The notes under the pieces: model-generated
Told to the model about the DNA's origin: nothing
Seen by the model: only the letters and a program-made list of their open reading frames with translations
Databases searched by the model: none
Shown here: one piece after another, positions 48,921 to 58,202 of the stretch
How the letters are laid out: each line of letters begins with the position of its first letter
Numbering within the stretch: position 1 is the first letter of the stretch
Source: Candidatus Bathyarchaeota archaeon
Lineage (GTDB): Archaea; Thermoproteota; Bathyarchaeia; Bathyarchaeales; Bathycorpusculaceae
Direction: 5' to 3'
Length of the DNA stretch: 64,000 nucleotides
Assembly: GCA_963733095.1 (NCBI GenBank)
Contig: CAVTBV010000009.1
Span: forward strand, 128,001-192,000
Position numbers and translations under genes: made by a program

Positions 48921-49562
48921 TTAGTTTTCCCCTTCACATTCACACGCCGTTTTCAAGCCCAACGCTAAAAGGTACATTTCGCTGCTTTGTTGTCGGCTTG
49001 CCTGAGGCTTCACCAATTTTACCTCTTCAAAGAGGGTTTTCACGTGTAGAAGGAAGTCGTTTAGCAGATCGCCTTCGAAGACTTTGACAAAAAAGTTTCC
49101 GTTTACTCGCAGTACACATTGGGCGATTTCTAGGGCTTGGGTCGCTAAGTCGATTTGTCTTGCGTGGTCAACTTCCCATACGCCTGTGATGTTTGGGGCA
49201 GCGTCGCAGAGAACGACGTCCGCTTTGCGTGGAATAAACGAGATAATTTGGTCAACTACGCCTGGTTCTGTGAAGTCGGCGATGATTGTTCTGATATATT
49301 CTTGCGTGAAGGGGTCAATCGGCTTTAAGTCTAAGCCTAAAACAAAGCCGTGTTTGCCTGTCATTTTTCTTGCCGCTTGAATCCAGCCGCCTGGAGCCGC
49401 ACCTAAATCTACAACGACATCGCGCAGTTTGATGAAGCCGTATTTCTCGTTAGCTTGAACCAGTTTGTATGTGGATCGGCTACGATAATTTTCTTCTTTG
49501 GCTTTTTTATAGTAATATTCGTTTTTTCTCTCACGTATCCAAGCTTTCGGCAACGGAATCAT
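48921..49562 (-). CDS. rlmE: 23S rRNA 2'-O-methyltransferase RlmE/FtsJ
   Basis: YRSR..YKL, DLGAAPGGW, D.APN.TG, KVF.G, KP.ASR..S.E.Y. Confidence 0.95.
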   Translation of the reverse strand: MIPLPKAWIRERKNEYYYKKAKEENYRSRSTYKLVQANEKYGFIKLRDVVVDLGAAPGGWIQAARKMTGKHGFVLGLDLKPIDPFTQEYIRTIIADFTEPGVVDQIISFIPRKADVVLCDAAPNITGVWEVDHARQIDLATQALEIAQCVLRVNGNFFVKVFEGDLLNDFLLHVKTLFEEVKLVKPQASRQQSSEMYLLALGLKTACECEGEN

Positions 49563-49980
49563 CCTCTGGTATGCTTGGCTCTGGTGCTGAGGCGCTTTGA
49601 CCTTCAGTGTCAGTAACTGCTGGCGCTGGCGGTTTTCCTAAGTTCAGTATCCAATCGGTTAGTTTGGGGCAACTTTTGGGGGAAAGGGCGGTTGTGGGGT
49701 CGCAGCGTGCGTTGTCTGGGCATAATAAGCATGGGCAATCCACGATGGTTTCTATGGATGCAGGCAGCCTTTTGGGGTAGAGCCTATAGGTCCATCTGCC
49801 TTCTTGGAGTTCTTTTTCCCTGCGGATAAGCCCCTTCTCTTCTAGTTTAATCGACACGCGAGAACCTTCGCGGCTGCTTGCGCCGAGTTCACGCCATAAA
49901 TCTGATTGCAGTACACCCTGATAACCTGTACCGACGACGTAGTGAAGTGCTTTCTGTTCAAGGTCATTACGCTTAGGCAT
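49531..49980 (-). CDS. TFE-beta / RPC39(C34)-like wHTH-[4Fe-4S] protein
   Basis: GVLQS.LW..L...SRE.SR...KLE wHTH plus PC..CP....C......P..C..L..W cluster motif. Confidence 0.85.
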   Translation of the reverse strand: MPKRNDLEQKALHYVVGTGYQGVLQSDLWRELGASSREGSRVSIKLEEKGLIRREKELQEGRWTYRLYPKRLPASIETIVDCPCLLCPDNARCDPTTALSPKSCPKLTDWILNLGKPPAPAVTDTEGQSASAPEPSIPEDDSVAESLDT

Positions 49981-50017
49981 TTATGATCAGTTCCAAATAA
50001 TACAGTAATATAAGCGT

Positions 50018-50025
50018 TGGATTCA
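50018..50025 (+). repeat. Candidate attL core TGGATTCA
   Basis: Identical 8-mer at 60164-60171; nearby imperfect repeats. Confidence 0.4.
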
Positions 50026-50119
50026 CATAAAAATATGTTTCCTTAGCTGTAGCTGAGAATATATCTACCATCTTTAGTTTTTTTGAAAAGCTTTTTAACG
50101 ATAGAGAGGTTGTTAGCAA

Positions 50120-51490
50120 TTGAGCGATTTGACTCAAGCTAATGAAAAATGGGTTCTATCCTTTGAAAGTGGTCGCAATTGGCTACCTCACTTGCCTAGT
50201 TCAAGTACTAAAGAGCCGTTCATTCGACACCTAAAGAAATACTCTCTATGGGCTAAAATGAATCCTGATGAATTGATAAATTTCAAGATTGAAGGTTTAA
50301 AAGCAGTAGCAACAGAAAAGGAATTCCAAGCCGAAAGAATGCTAGAGAAGTATCTTAGACAAACTGGAATGACGCAATCAGTTGCAGCATACGCCAAAAA
50401 CGCCATTATTAGCTTCTATAAGCACAATTGGAGAGAACTTAATTCAGAAGTCGCTAGAGATATTGAGCCACCAGAAGCAAAAAAGAGAACGCCTAAGCTA
50501 GAAGAAATTCAAGAGCTAGAAAGCAACTGTACAACCGCTAGAGATAGGGCTTTAATTTGGTTTTTCCCGTCTACTGGTTTTAGGATAGGAACGCTAACCA
50601 AGCTATTTAGAAATGACCTTAAACCTACTGGTGACGCTGAAGTACCTTATTATCTGGAAATAGAAGCTAAGAGACTAAAAGGCTCTGGAATTGGTAAGTA
50701 CAAAGGGCTTAAACAAATCACCTTTGTTAACAGCTTTGTTTGGGCTAAGATGCAAGATTACTTCGCTGAAGCTAAAAGAAGAGGTTTTAATCTAACTGAG
50801 GATTCACCGCTATTTATCGGATACAAAGGTCGATTTACTAAAGAAGAAAGAAAGCTATCCGTTAAACCCAAAAAAGTTAGAGCAATGACTGAAGGAGCAA
50901 TCAATAACACTTATGACAATGCATCACTAGCCGCTTGGAAAGACTTAGAGGTAAAACGCTTTTCTCCCCATGACAACAGAGATGTTTTACAGAGTGCTTT
51001 AGAGAATGTCGTTAACGATAACATGATAGCTCCTATGTTAGCCCATAAACCAAAAAACGCTGTTGACTTCCACTATTCAAGCCACTTATGGCAAGAGCTA
51101 TTACCAAAATACAAATTGGCATTACCAAAACTAATCCCACAAACCACAGCAGAACTTAAAATAGAAATAAACCAACAGAAAGCAACTAACCAAAAACAGC
51201 AATCCGAAATAGAAGCCATAAAAGAAGAAATGAATGCAAGATTTGAAAAACTAGCTTCTCTTTTGAAAAGTGATGCAAAAGTATTACCGCCTGAAAATCA
51301 AGATGAAATATTTAGATTAAAGACAAATGGATTACTATCGGAAAGTGAAATAGCACAAAAGCTTAAACTTAAACTTAAGGCAACGGAAGACCATTATATT
51401 GATGAAAACGGAAAAGAATTAGACCCTAAAACTTTAACGGAAGAGCAAAAGAAGAAATTTAAATCTGTAACGGAGTATTGGGAACTTTAA
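50120..51490 (+). CDS. int: Tyrosine recombinase/integrase with coiled-coil and HTH-like C-terminal extension
   Basis: RDRAL..F..STGFR (Arg), LKG (Lys), SPHDNR (HxxR), LAH (His), FHY (Tyr). Confidence 0.9.
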   Translation: MSDLTQANEKWVLSFESGRNWLPHLPSSSTKEPFIRHLKKYSLWAKMNPDELINFKIEGLKAVATEKEFQAERMLEKYLRQTGMTQSVAAYAKNAIISFYKHNWRELNSEVARDIEPPEAKKRTPKLEEIQELESNCTTARDRALIWFFPSTGFRIGTLTKLFRNDLKPTGDAEVPYYLEIEAKRLKGSGIGKYKGLKQITFVNSFVWAKMQDYFAEAKRRGFNLTEDSPLFIGYKGRFTKEERKLSVKPKKVRAMTEGAINNTYDNASLAAWKDLEVKRFSPHDNRDVLQSALENVVNDNMIAPMLAHKPKNAVDFHYSSHLWQELLPKYKLALPKLIPQTTAELKIEINQQKATNQKQQSEIEAIKEEMNARFEKLASLLKSDAKVLPPENQDEIFRLKTNGLLSESEIAQKLKLKLKATEDHYIDENGKELDPKTLTEEQKKKFKSVTEYWEL

Positions 51491-51711
51491 TTTACGCTCT
51501 TTTCCCACATCTTTTTTATTCTCTTTTTACCCTAAGATTCTAAATTATAGCCAACTATCAAAGATTGATACTAAGATAGTATGTGATTCTAAACTAAGAT
51601 AGTATAGATAATATAATATAGGTAGTAAAGTTAGTGTAATAAGTACACCCATAGCATAGTTAACGACTAAATTTTCTGTTGATTCTATTGGACCTAGCCT
51701 ACATTTTCGCT

Positions 51712-52214
51712 TTAGTTTGTCGGATAGTGGCTTTAGTCACTATCAATAATCTTGTCTTATCATGGACTCAATAAGGGATATTGTTAATTATCTAGAGTAA
51801 ATTGTGCGGATACATCGCTAGTGATTTTTATCCGACACAATATTTTAGGAATAAAGCAGAGAGTTAACTAACAGACTACAGCGAACAGTTTAATCTTGGA
51901 TAATGTCGGCTCTGGTTGTGTCGGTCTTCAAATAAGAAGATAAAGAGCCGAAAGTGTCGGTCATATGGGAAGACTGCTATCTCTGGGCTATAAGAGTTTG
52001 TCGTATAGATAACTGAGATAACTTATGCTTTAGCCCATATTCCCGACAGAACGGCACTATCTTATCGCCTATTCCTTATTATAATATCTATACCGACACA
52101 GAGAACACCAGAATATAGATAAGATTATAAATTAACTAAGATAACCTACACTTATAGACAGATAACCGACAAACTAACTCCGCTACCCGATTGAATCCGA
52201 CACCAAATCCGACA
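51712..52214. repeat. Non-coding region with 10 CCGACA/TGTCGG hexamers and nested inverted repeats
   Basis: TGTCGG at 51718, 51904, 51919, 51955; CCGACA at 51832, 52043, 52093, 52166, 52197, 52209. Confidence 0.8.
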
Positions 52215-52315
52215 GCCAGCATCCATAGTTAAGCTACCCCTGAAAGAAAATCATTGTCCTCACGATGGCTATTCTGAAGCCTGAATATTAGGTTTATTTT
52301 TCATGGTTTCTTTGT

Positions 52316-52699
52316 TTAGTGAAGATTTTTTATTTCCTTATAACAAGTATCTAATTTTCTTAAGAGTTTAACAACTCCATAATACGCAATCAATGAAGTT
52401 ATTGCAGCTACGAAAAATAAAAAAGTATTTATGGTGAAAGCTGGAGGTTGGTTTATGAATAATTGTATTGCAAATACTGTAAAAGTGACTCCACCAGCAA
52501 AAAACCCAAAAATTCCAGCTAAGTAGATTTGAAGGTCTGAATTGAGTTGGGCTAACCTGATTTGTAAGGCTCTATCTTCAATTATAGCATTTCTATTTTG
52601 AATAGCAAAGGCTTTTTCAATCTTTTCTTTAATGGCTAAATATTTGTCTAGCGCTTTATTGAATTGGTCTAAGCCTTTATCAACATCACTATCAGGCAT
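52316..52699 (-). CDS. Element membrane protein (two TM)
   Basis: Helical N-terminus followed by two hydrophobic segments. Confidence 0.7.
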   Translation of the reverse strand: MPDSDVDKGLDQFNKALDKYLAIKEKIEKAFAIQNRNAIIEDRALQIRLAQLNSDLQIYLAGIFGFFAGGVTFTVFAIQLFINQPPAFTINTFLFFVAAITSLIAYYGVVKLLRKLDTCYKEIKNLH

Positions 52700-52755
52700 T
52701 TTTATCTGGTTGTTCGTATGGCGTTAACTGCTTAAAAGTTTTATCTTTAGTTTTG

Positions 52756-52938
52756 TTATCGGTGTCTATCATAGTCGTTTTTAGATAACACATAACCAGC
52801 TAGAGAAATTAAGAGAAAACCGACAACGCTCATGATAATTTGACCGATTAAACTTAAAGCCAAAACGTTAACTAAACCAAAAAGCAAAACAACTACTCCT
52901 AAAGCAAGAACAAATTTGAAAGCGTCTACTAATCCCAT
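52756..52938 (-). CDS. Element small hydrophobic protein (two TM)
   Basis: 60 aa; GAGGT SD upstream. Confidence 0.75.
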   Translation of the reverse strand: MGLVDAFKFVLALGVVVLLFGLVNVLALSLIGQIIMSVVGFLLISLAGYVLSKNDYDRHR

Positions 52939-52950
52939 ATTATTTACCTC

Positions 52951-53277
52951 TTAGAAGTCAAACGGTGAACGCTTTTTCTTTTTTCTGCTCGGTGGCTCAC
53001 CTAAGAAGGCATTTTCATTAACTTGAGGAACTTCCCACATCTTGTTAAGCCTCTTATTGTACGCTATTCGGTCACGTTCATCTTGCCGTCTTTCTCTTTC
53101 TTCATTCTGCACAAAAGCTTGACCTCTGGCATATCCTCTTCCAGCATGATAATGTTCTCTTTCAATTTGAGCGTAATATTGCCTATCTTGCTCTTGTATT
53201 CGTTTTCTTGCTTCATTCTCACGGTAGGCTCTTTGAATACCTCTTCCGAGCAATTTACCAAATATCCATAGACCCAT
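52951..53277 (-). CDS. Element Arg/Glu-rich hypothetical protein
   Basis: 108 aa, amphipathic N-terminus, basic tail; in an operon with the 60-aa gene. Confidence 0.7.
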   Translation of the reverse strand: MGLWIFGKLLGRGIQRAYRENEARKRIQEQDRQYYAQIEREHYHAGRGYARGQAFVQNEERERRQDERDRIAYNKRLNKMWEVPQVNENAFLGEPPSRKKKKRSPFDF

Positions 53278-53469
53278 TCCAAAATAGTAAAAAGTTTTAC
53301 CAAATCCTATAAGAATTCTCTTGCCGATATTCTTTGAATTTGCCGTTTTAGATTCCAGCTTGTAAGTGTTTGTTTGAAAGTCTATTTATAATCTGTGGTA
53401 AACTCTTTCACTCGCTTTTTTGCATCGCTTGTTTTGCCTTAGTTCTTGTTTGTGTTTTGCTTGTGAAAA

Positions 53470-54117
53470 CTAACTAGGTGTTAAACCTAGAAAATTTGCC
53501 AGAATGAAGGAAATAAAGATAGCAGTTATGAAAAGAGCGAAAGAAATATAGAAAATTCTAAGGTATATTTTTGTGCGCATTTTACCCGTAAATTGTTTCT
53601 GTCCTGAGAGTTTGCAAATATGTTTTTCAAGTGACCTTGTTATTATTGGTGAAATAAAAACTTGAGATACCATTAATCCCATAGCAAATGCGTTTTTAAC
53701 GCTCTGTAAAAGGATGGGATTTGTTGAATTAAGGATTACATTTAACGCTATGAATGGAGTTACCAAATAATATATCAAACAGCTAAAAAGCAAACCCCAC
53801 GAAAGAATACGATACTCCATTGAGTCAGTCAACATTCCCCTTAACCCTATAGAATACGAAGCTAAGAGTGAGAGAATAATTCCTATTATTGAGAGTGCAA
53901 AACTGCTTGAAAATCTGTTAAAGAAAAAGGCGTGTTGACTTACAAGGATTCCAAGAGAGAATGTTGCAATTGCCACTAGGATGTTGTATAAACTATCTAT
54001 CTTATTGAGAACATTATCTCTTTTTCGCTCTTTTTTCGAGTTCAGAGATTCTTCTAGAAGTATGTCGATTTTTTGCTCTAAGGATTTGCTTTCTTCTGTT
54101 ACCACATATTTTCGCAC
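53470..54117 (-). CDS. Element polytopic membrane protein
   Basis: About 5 hydrophobic segments. Confidence 0.7.
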   Translation of the reverse strand: MRKYVVTEESKSLEQKIDILLEESLNSKKERKRDNVLNKIDSLYNILVAIATFSLGILVSQHAFFFNRFSSSFALSIIGIILSLLASYSIGLRGMLTDSMEYRILSWGLLFSCLIYYLVTPFIALNVILNSTNPILLQSVKNAFAMGLMVSQVFISPIITRSLEKHICKLSGQKQFTGKMRTKIYLRIFYISFALFITAIFISFILANFLGLTPS

Positions 54118-54194
54118 TCGATAGATTGTTTTAGGAAAGCTTTTAGTTTTTGCTCTTTTGCGCTTTTTGAATTTAATGACTTAGTTATTTAATA

Positions 54195-54926
54195 TTACTT
54201 GATGTTCTCTAACTCTAGTGTAAGCTGTTGAATTTCGTTATCAACCTCTTCATTCTCTTTAAGCTCTTTTGAATAGAGTTCTCGAGTTTTAATTTGAAAT
54301 TGTTCAAAGAAATTATCGACCAAAGATTGATATTGATTTAGTGCAAGCTTTAAATCAATCTCATTGTGATTTTCGATATATCTTACAAAACCTTCACGTT
54401 CAAGTATTGGGTAAAGTTCTTCTTTTCTTTCAAGCAAGCTTTCCTTTGTTAAGAGTATGCTCTGTCTAAATGGTTGACCAATTCCCATTCTAGAGAAGTG
54501 TGCTACCAAATCTAGTAATTCATAGTGTTGGGTTAAATGTCGCAAGCATCTGCTAAAATTATATGAATCATCGGACTGTAAAGAACCAATTTTTGTTTTA
54601 TAAAAATCACTTATTCTTTCGTACCTTTCACTTAACTTCTTCCCCTGAGCAATCAATGTATAGGTGCTAGCAAGGTAGTTATGAAGTAATCTGGAAAGTT
54701 CTGCAAAGAACAAAACTCTTTCTTTCATTATGTTTATCAAAAATGTTGTATTTGCTTCATAGCTATTAATTGCCGTAGACAACTCTTGATAGTTTTTGTT
54801 AACCGCATAATGAGTGTTTCTAAAGTTATTGAGCATCTGAGAAACTTTAGTGCCGTACAATGTTCCTTTCTTTTCGTCTAGTAACGCCAATTTTTCTAAA
54901 ATTTGCAGTCTTCTATTTTGGCTCAT
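54195..54926 (-). CDS. HEPN-like protein (RxxxxH)
   Basis: All-helical; R.LHNYLAS..TL followed by LRHLTQHY; start at MSQNRR. Confidence 0.6.
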   Translation of the reverse strand: MSQNRRLQILEKLALLDEKKGTLYGTKVSQMLNNFRNTHYAVNKNYQELSTAINSYEANTTFLINIMKERVLFFAELSRLLHNYLASTYTLIAQGKKLSERYERISDFYKTKIGSLQSDDSYNFSRCLRHLTQHYELLDLVAHFSRMGIGQPFRQSILLTKESLLERKEELYPILEREGFVRYIENHNEIDLKLALNQYQSLVDNFFEQFQIKTRELYSKELKENEEVDNEIQQLTLELENIK

Positions 54927-55216
54927 TAGTATCTTTTGATAAGTGTACACTTTACTTTTAGTTCTTTGCCCTTTTGCCCTTATGTAAAAGTTAGGTACTC
55001 TCTGGAAAAATAAGAAGCCCAAACTAAGCCCCGTTAGAAAAAAATATACTCACACAACCTAAAAAGACCTATAATGACTTATTTTTTAAATTGGTTTAAA
55101 ATTTATGCCCTAAAAAAAAATTGCGCTCTGATTCTTCCTTCTTCTGTACGTTAATAGGGTGTCCACTAGTATATTATAATATAATATTATTTTATATTAT
55201 AACTACTAAACTATAA

Positions 55217-55882
55217 CTAACTACTACTAACTAACCCTCTATTCCCATATCTCTGATTATTGATTGGCTCACTATCGTTCGCTTCTGTGTCACATATGGG
55301 TATAGAGTGATAATTATCTAAGGAAGGATTGATATCCTGTGAGTGTATAATTTTTTCTTGGGCTATCTTTTTATTTTCTTCTATTTGCTTAAGTTGGTTA
55401 ATAATAAAGTCATTTTTAATTTTACATAAACGGTTGAATTCTTCATTTATGAGGTTTGAATCTAGAAAATAGCGTGTATTGTTATCTGGTAGTATGTTGT
55501 CATTGACCGTTATGTGTGAGTCTGGGTTTTGTCTAAGATATTTACCCGCTAGCAATGCATCGGTGAAGTCATAAAAAACCAATCGGTCAACTTTAGTTTT
55601 GGCTATGTTAAATTGTCGGTAATAATCCAGAATTGCTTCTTTTATTTTAAGTTTTAAATCGTGCCTATTTATAACGCCTTTTTTAGCTACCAAGTTTGGA
55701 TGTTGTTCTAACTGTCTAGCTCTAACCGTCTTTTGCCAATCGGTCAGGTTATTTTCAGTTTCTTCTTGTTCGTCAATATAGTTTTTCAGAACTAAAAGTA
55801 CATGACTGAATTTCCATTGCTCAGAACTTAGACCCGTTAACTCTTCTCTACTCTTCATACTTTTTCCCTTCACTTTTGACAT
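55217..55882 (-). CDS. Element hypothetical protein
   Basis: 221-aa ORF with no recognised motif. Confidence 0.7.
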   Translation of the reverse strand: MSKVKGKSMKSREELTGLSSEQWKFSHVLLVLKNYIDEQEETENNLTDWQKTVRARQLEQHPNLVAKKGVINRHDLKLKIKEAILDYYRQFNIAKTKVDRLVFYDFTDALLAGKYLRQNPDSHITVNDNILPDNNTRYFLDSNLINEEFNRLCKIKNDFIINQLKQIEENKKIAQEKIIHSQDINPSLDNYHSIPICDTEANDSEPINNQRYGNRGLVSSS

Positions 55883-56437
55883 TAGAAATAGCCTTAAGCT
55901 ATACTCTATCGTAAGTATTAAATGTTACGATACTATTTAAATATTTTTCCTTTAAAAAATAAATGTTGTTACATGTCCTAAAAAAGACATATGTTAATAG
56001 AAGGGAAGGTTCGTGTTAGTCGAACCTGAAGAGTTAATTAACATATATGTGCTTCCACCCTTATAAGCTTTATGGCGTAATAAGACACCATATATGGCGA
56101 AAGTTAACGTTAAAAGAGCAAACCCGTGTTAGTCGGGAATGCCAAAGTTGAAGGATTTTTTAGGTTAAAAAAAGAGTGTCTATGGTGGTGAAATGGATGA
56201 AATGTATAAGCTACCTATGCCGACACCCAAACATAGGATAATAGCTTATAAGTGAAGTTCACGAATTTAAATATTTTTATTGCTAGCAACAATCAATTAT
56301 TTTGTAGTTAGGAATATGGTTATATTATACATATTAACCGCAAAATCACTAAAAAGAGTTATTGGAAATAAAAAGACATAAATAGCTATATGAAGCTATA
56401 CGACTCTATAGCAAATATTAATATGGGAGATATGTAA

Positions 56438-56716
56438 ATGGCAAAACATGTTCAAAAACAATATTCAATAAACACTAGTTTAGATATTAATGAAAACCTA
56501 AGAATCCTGCGTTATAAGACTAATATGAACAATGCAGCTATTCTAAGCCAAATCATAACGCCACTAGCAGAGAAATTAGGCAACCAAGAAAAACCATGCG
56601 GTTTTATAGTTTATACCGTTAATGACCAAATAATCATTCAAACATATGGTTTTGGCAGTATTGTTTGTTCTGGTAAAGCCACCGCAACATTAAGCGATAT
56701 TTTAGGAGTTGCTTAA
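56438..56716 (+). CDS. Element hypothetical protein (possible ribbon-helix-helix N-terminus)
   Basis: QKQYSINTS strand followed by two helices; first gene of the rightward operon; GGGAG SD. Confidence 0.65.
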   Translation: MAKHVQKQYSINTSLDINENLRILRYKTNMNNAAILSQIITPLAEKLGNQEKPCGFIVYTVNDQIIIQTYGFGSIVCSGKATATLSDILGVA

Positions 56717-56718
56717 CC

Positions 56719-56925
56719 GTGACTAAACAAAATCCTCAAACATTGAAAGAATCTACTGACCTTATCATTCAAGGGATTCAAGCCAAACAACTAAGAGAAA
56801 AAACATTAAACGGTGAAATTATCCAAACCTATGATGTTAAAGGTGAACTTGATTCAATCCCAAGAAATTTTGCTAGAAAGCTAGACAAACCTTGCGATGA
56901 GCTATCTAAAGAGAAGGAAGTCTAG
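56719..56925 (+). CDS. Element hypothetical protein
   Basis: AGGAG SD, tight operon spacing. Confidence 0.7.
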   Translation: MTKQNPQTLKESTDLIIQGIQAKQLREKTLNGEIIQTYDVKGELDSIPRNFARKLDKPCDELSKEKEV

Positions 56926-56927
56926 CC

Positions 56928-57506
56928 ATGACTGAAGACGAAAAAGAAAATACCTATTCCGTTCCATTGCCAAAAGACAGTAAAACAATTAAGATGACCA
57001 TTGACGCAACAGCTAGAGAACAGCGTTTACTAGAAGACCTAAACAAAGCTAACCAAACTATAGGCGCACTCATGGGGCAACATAAAAAAGAATTCATCGA
57101 AGGAGAACAACGACCAGCCCCGAACGGTGACCAAGAGGATACTTCAACTATTGACCGTGAAGATAGAGCTAGAAACGGAAACGATACAAGAATACAATCT
57201 GCTGGGAGCTACGTAGATGTAGATTGGGTTAAAGGTTCAACGGTTCCAGAGGTCATTGAGAAGATTGAGTACTTAAGTAAGGTTGCAGATAACAAAGAAG
57301 TTTTTAAGAAAATCCATAATTCTCTGGTAAAAAAGGTGCTTCATGGGAAGCCAATTTCTATACAGTTTGAAGGTAGCCTAAAACAATTAGCCACTACAAG
57401 AGAAAAACAAATTCCAGAATTTTGTGATGACTCAACACGAAAACAGCTTCAATCTTGGAACACTAAAGTTAGAGCCAATAGGGTAAATTGGTCGGAGATA
57501 GAATAA
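56928..57506 (+). CDS. Element hypothetical protein
   Basis: 192 aa, tight operon spacing. Confidence 0.75.
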   Translation: MTEDEKENTYSVPLPKDSKTIKMTIDATAREQRLLEDLNKANQTIGALMGQHKKEFIEGEQRPAPNGDQEDTSTIDREDRARNGNDTRIQSAGSYVDVDWVKGSTVPEVIEKIEYLSKVADNKEVFKKIHNSLVKKVLHGKPISIQFEGSLKQLATTREKQIPEFCDDSTRKQLQSWNTKVRANRVNWSEIE

Positions 57507-58003
57507 TGTCACTAGAAAAGAAACATGTTCCAAAAAGTGGATTTTGGAAACAAGAACATGACGGAAAAATGTATTGGGTCGAAAGTGACAAATTTGGAAA
57601 CCTAATAAAACTTTATGACCCCTTAGAAATTGAAGGCATAAGTCGTAGTGCAAATTACACTATAGTTTTTTTACGTGAATACACAGATACAAATTCTTTC
57701 AACGGCAAAATAAAAAAATGGTTTGCACAAGACATAAAGATGCATATAGGAGAAAATGTTGATTCATCGATAGTGATAAGGTTCGATTCTTATTCACGTA
57801 AATTCTTTATATCTGATTTAAAACCCGTTGGTCAAACTTTTTTAGCTCCACTTGAAAGCACACCTGAGTTAATTGTTACAAAAAGCGAACCTTACCCCGT
57901 AGACCAAATACAAGCGAAAGAAATCTTAGCTAAATATTCCTATGGATTCGGCAAGGTCGAAGTTGACGCTCAGGGAAATATCGAATATTATCAGACCTGT
58001 TGA
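57506..58003 (+). CDS. Element hypothetical protein
   Basis: TAATG coupling to the previous gene; GGAG SD. Confidence 0.7.
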   Translation: MSLEKKHVPKSGFWKQEHDGKMYWVESDKFGNLIKLYDPLEIEGISRSANYTIVFLREYTDTNSFNGKIKKWFAQDIKMHIGENVDSSIVIRFDSYSRKFFISDLKPVGQTFLAPLESTPELIVTKSEPYPVDQIQAKEILAKYSYGFGKVEVDAQGNIEYYQTC

Positions 58004-58007
58004 TTCT

Positions 58008-58202
58008 ATGACCCGTTGCGACTATTGCCACCAAGTTATTTTTCACAAAAATAATGAACGATTTTGTAACAGAGACCATAGTCACGCATATGTTCGCAAA
58101 CTGAGCGAAGTTTCAAGACGCTACATGTATAATTCACCTGAGCAACTTGAAGCCATAAAATTATATAAAAAACTAGGGAAGGATTACAAAAATGGTTTAT
58201 GA
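58008..58202 (+). CDS. Element small zinc-binding protein
   Basis: MTRCDYC...RFCNRDH (treble-clef/TRASH-like). Confidence 0.6.
   Translation: MTRCDYCHQVIFHKNNERFCNRDHSHAYVRKLSEVSRRYMYNSPEQLEAIKLYKKLGKDYKNGL

Noticed and set aside
49981-50119. tRNA gene as integration target
   Set aside because: No cloverleaf or T-arm GTTC motif recognisable at either end of the element.
51712-52214. CRISPR array
   Set aside because: The repeated unit is only 6-9 nt, irregularly spaced and in both orientations; no cas genes.
55165-55236. ACTA/ATTA-rich short repeats
   Set aside because: Low-complexity AT-rich tract with no regular period.
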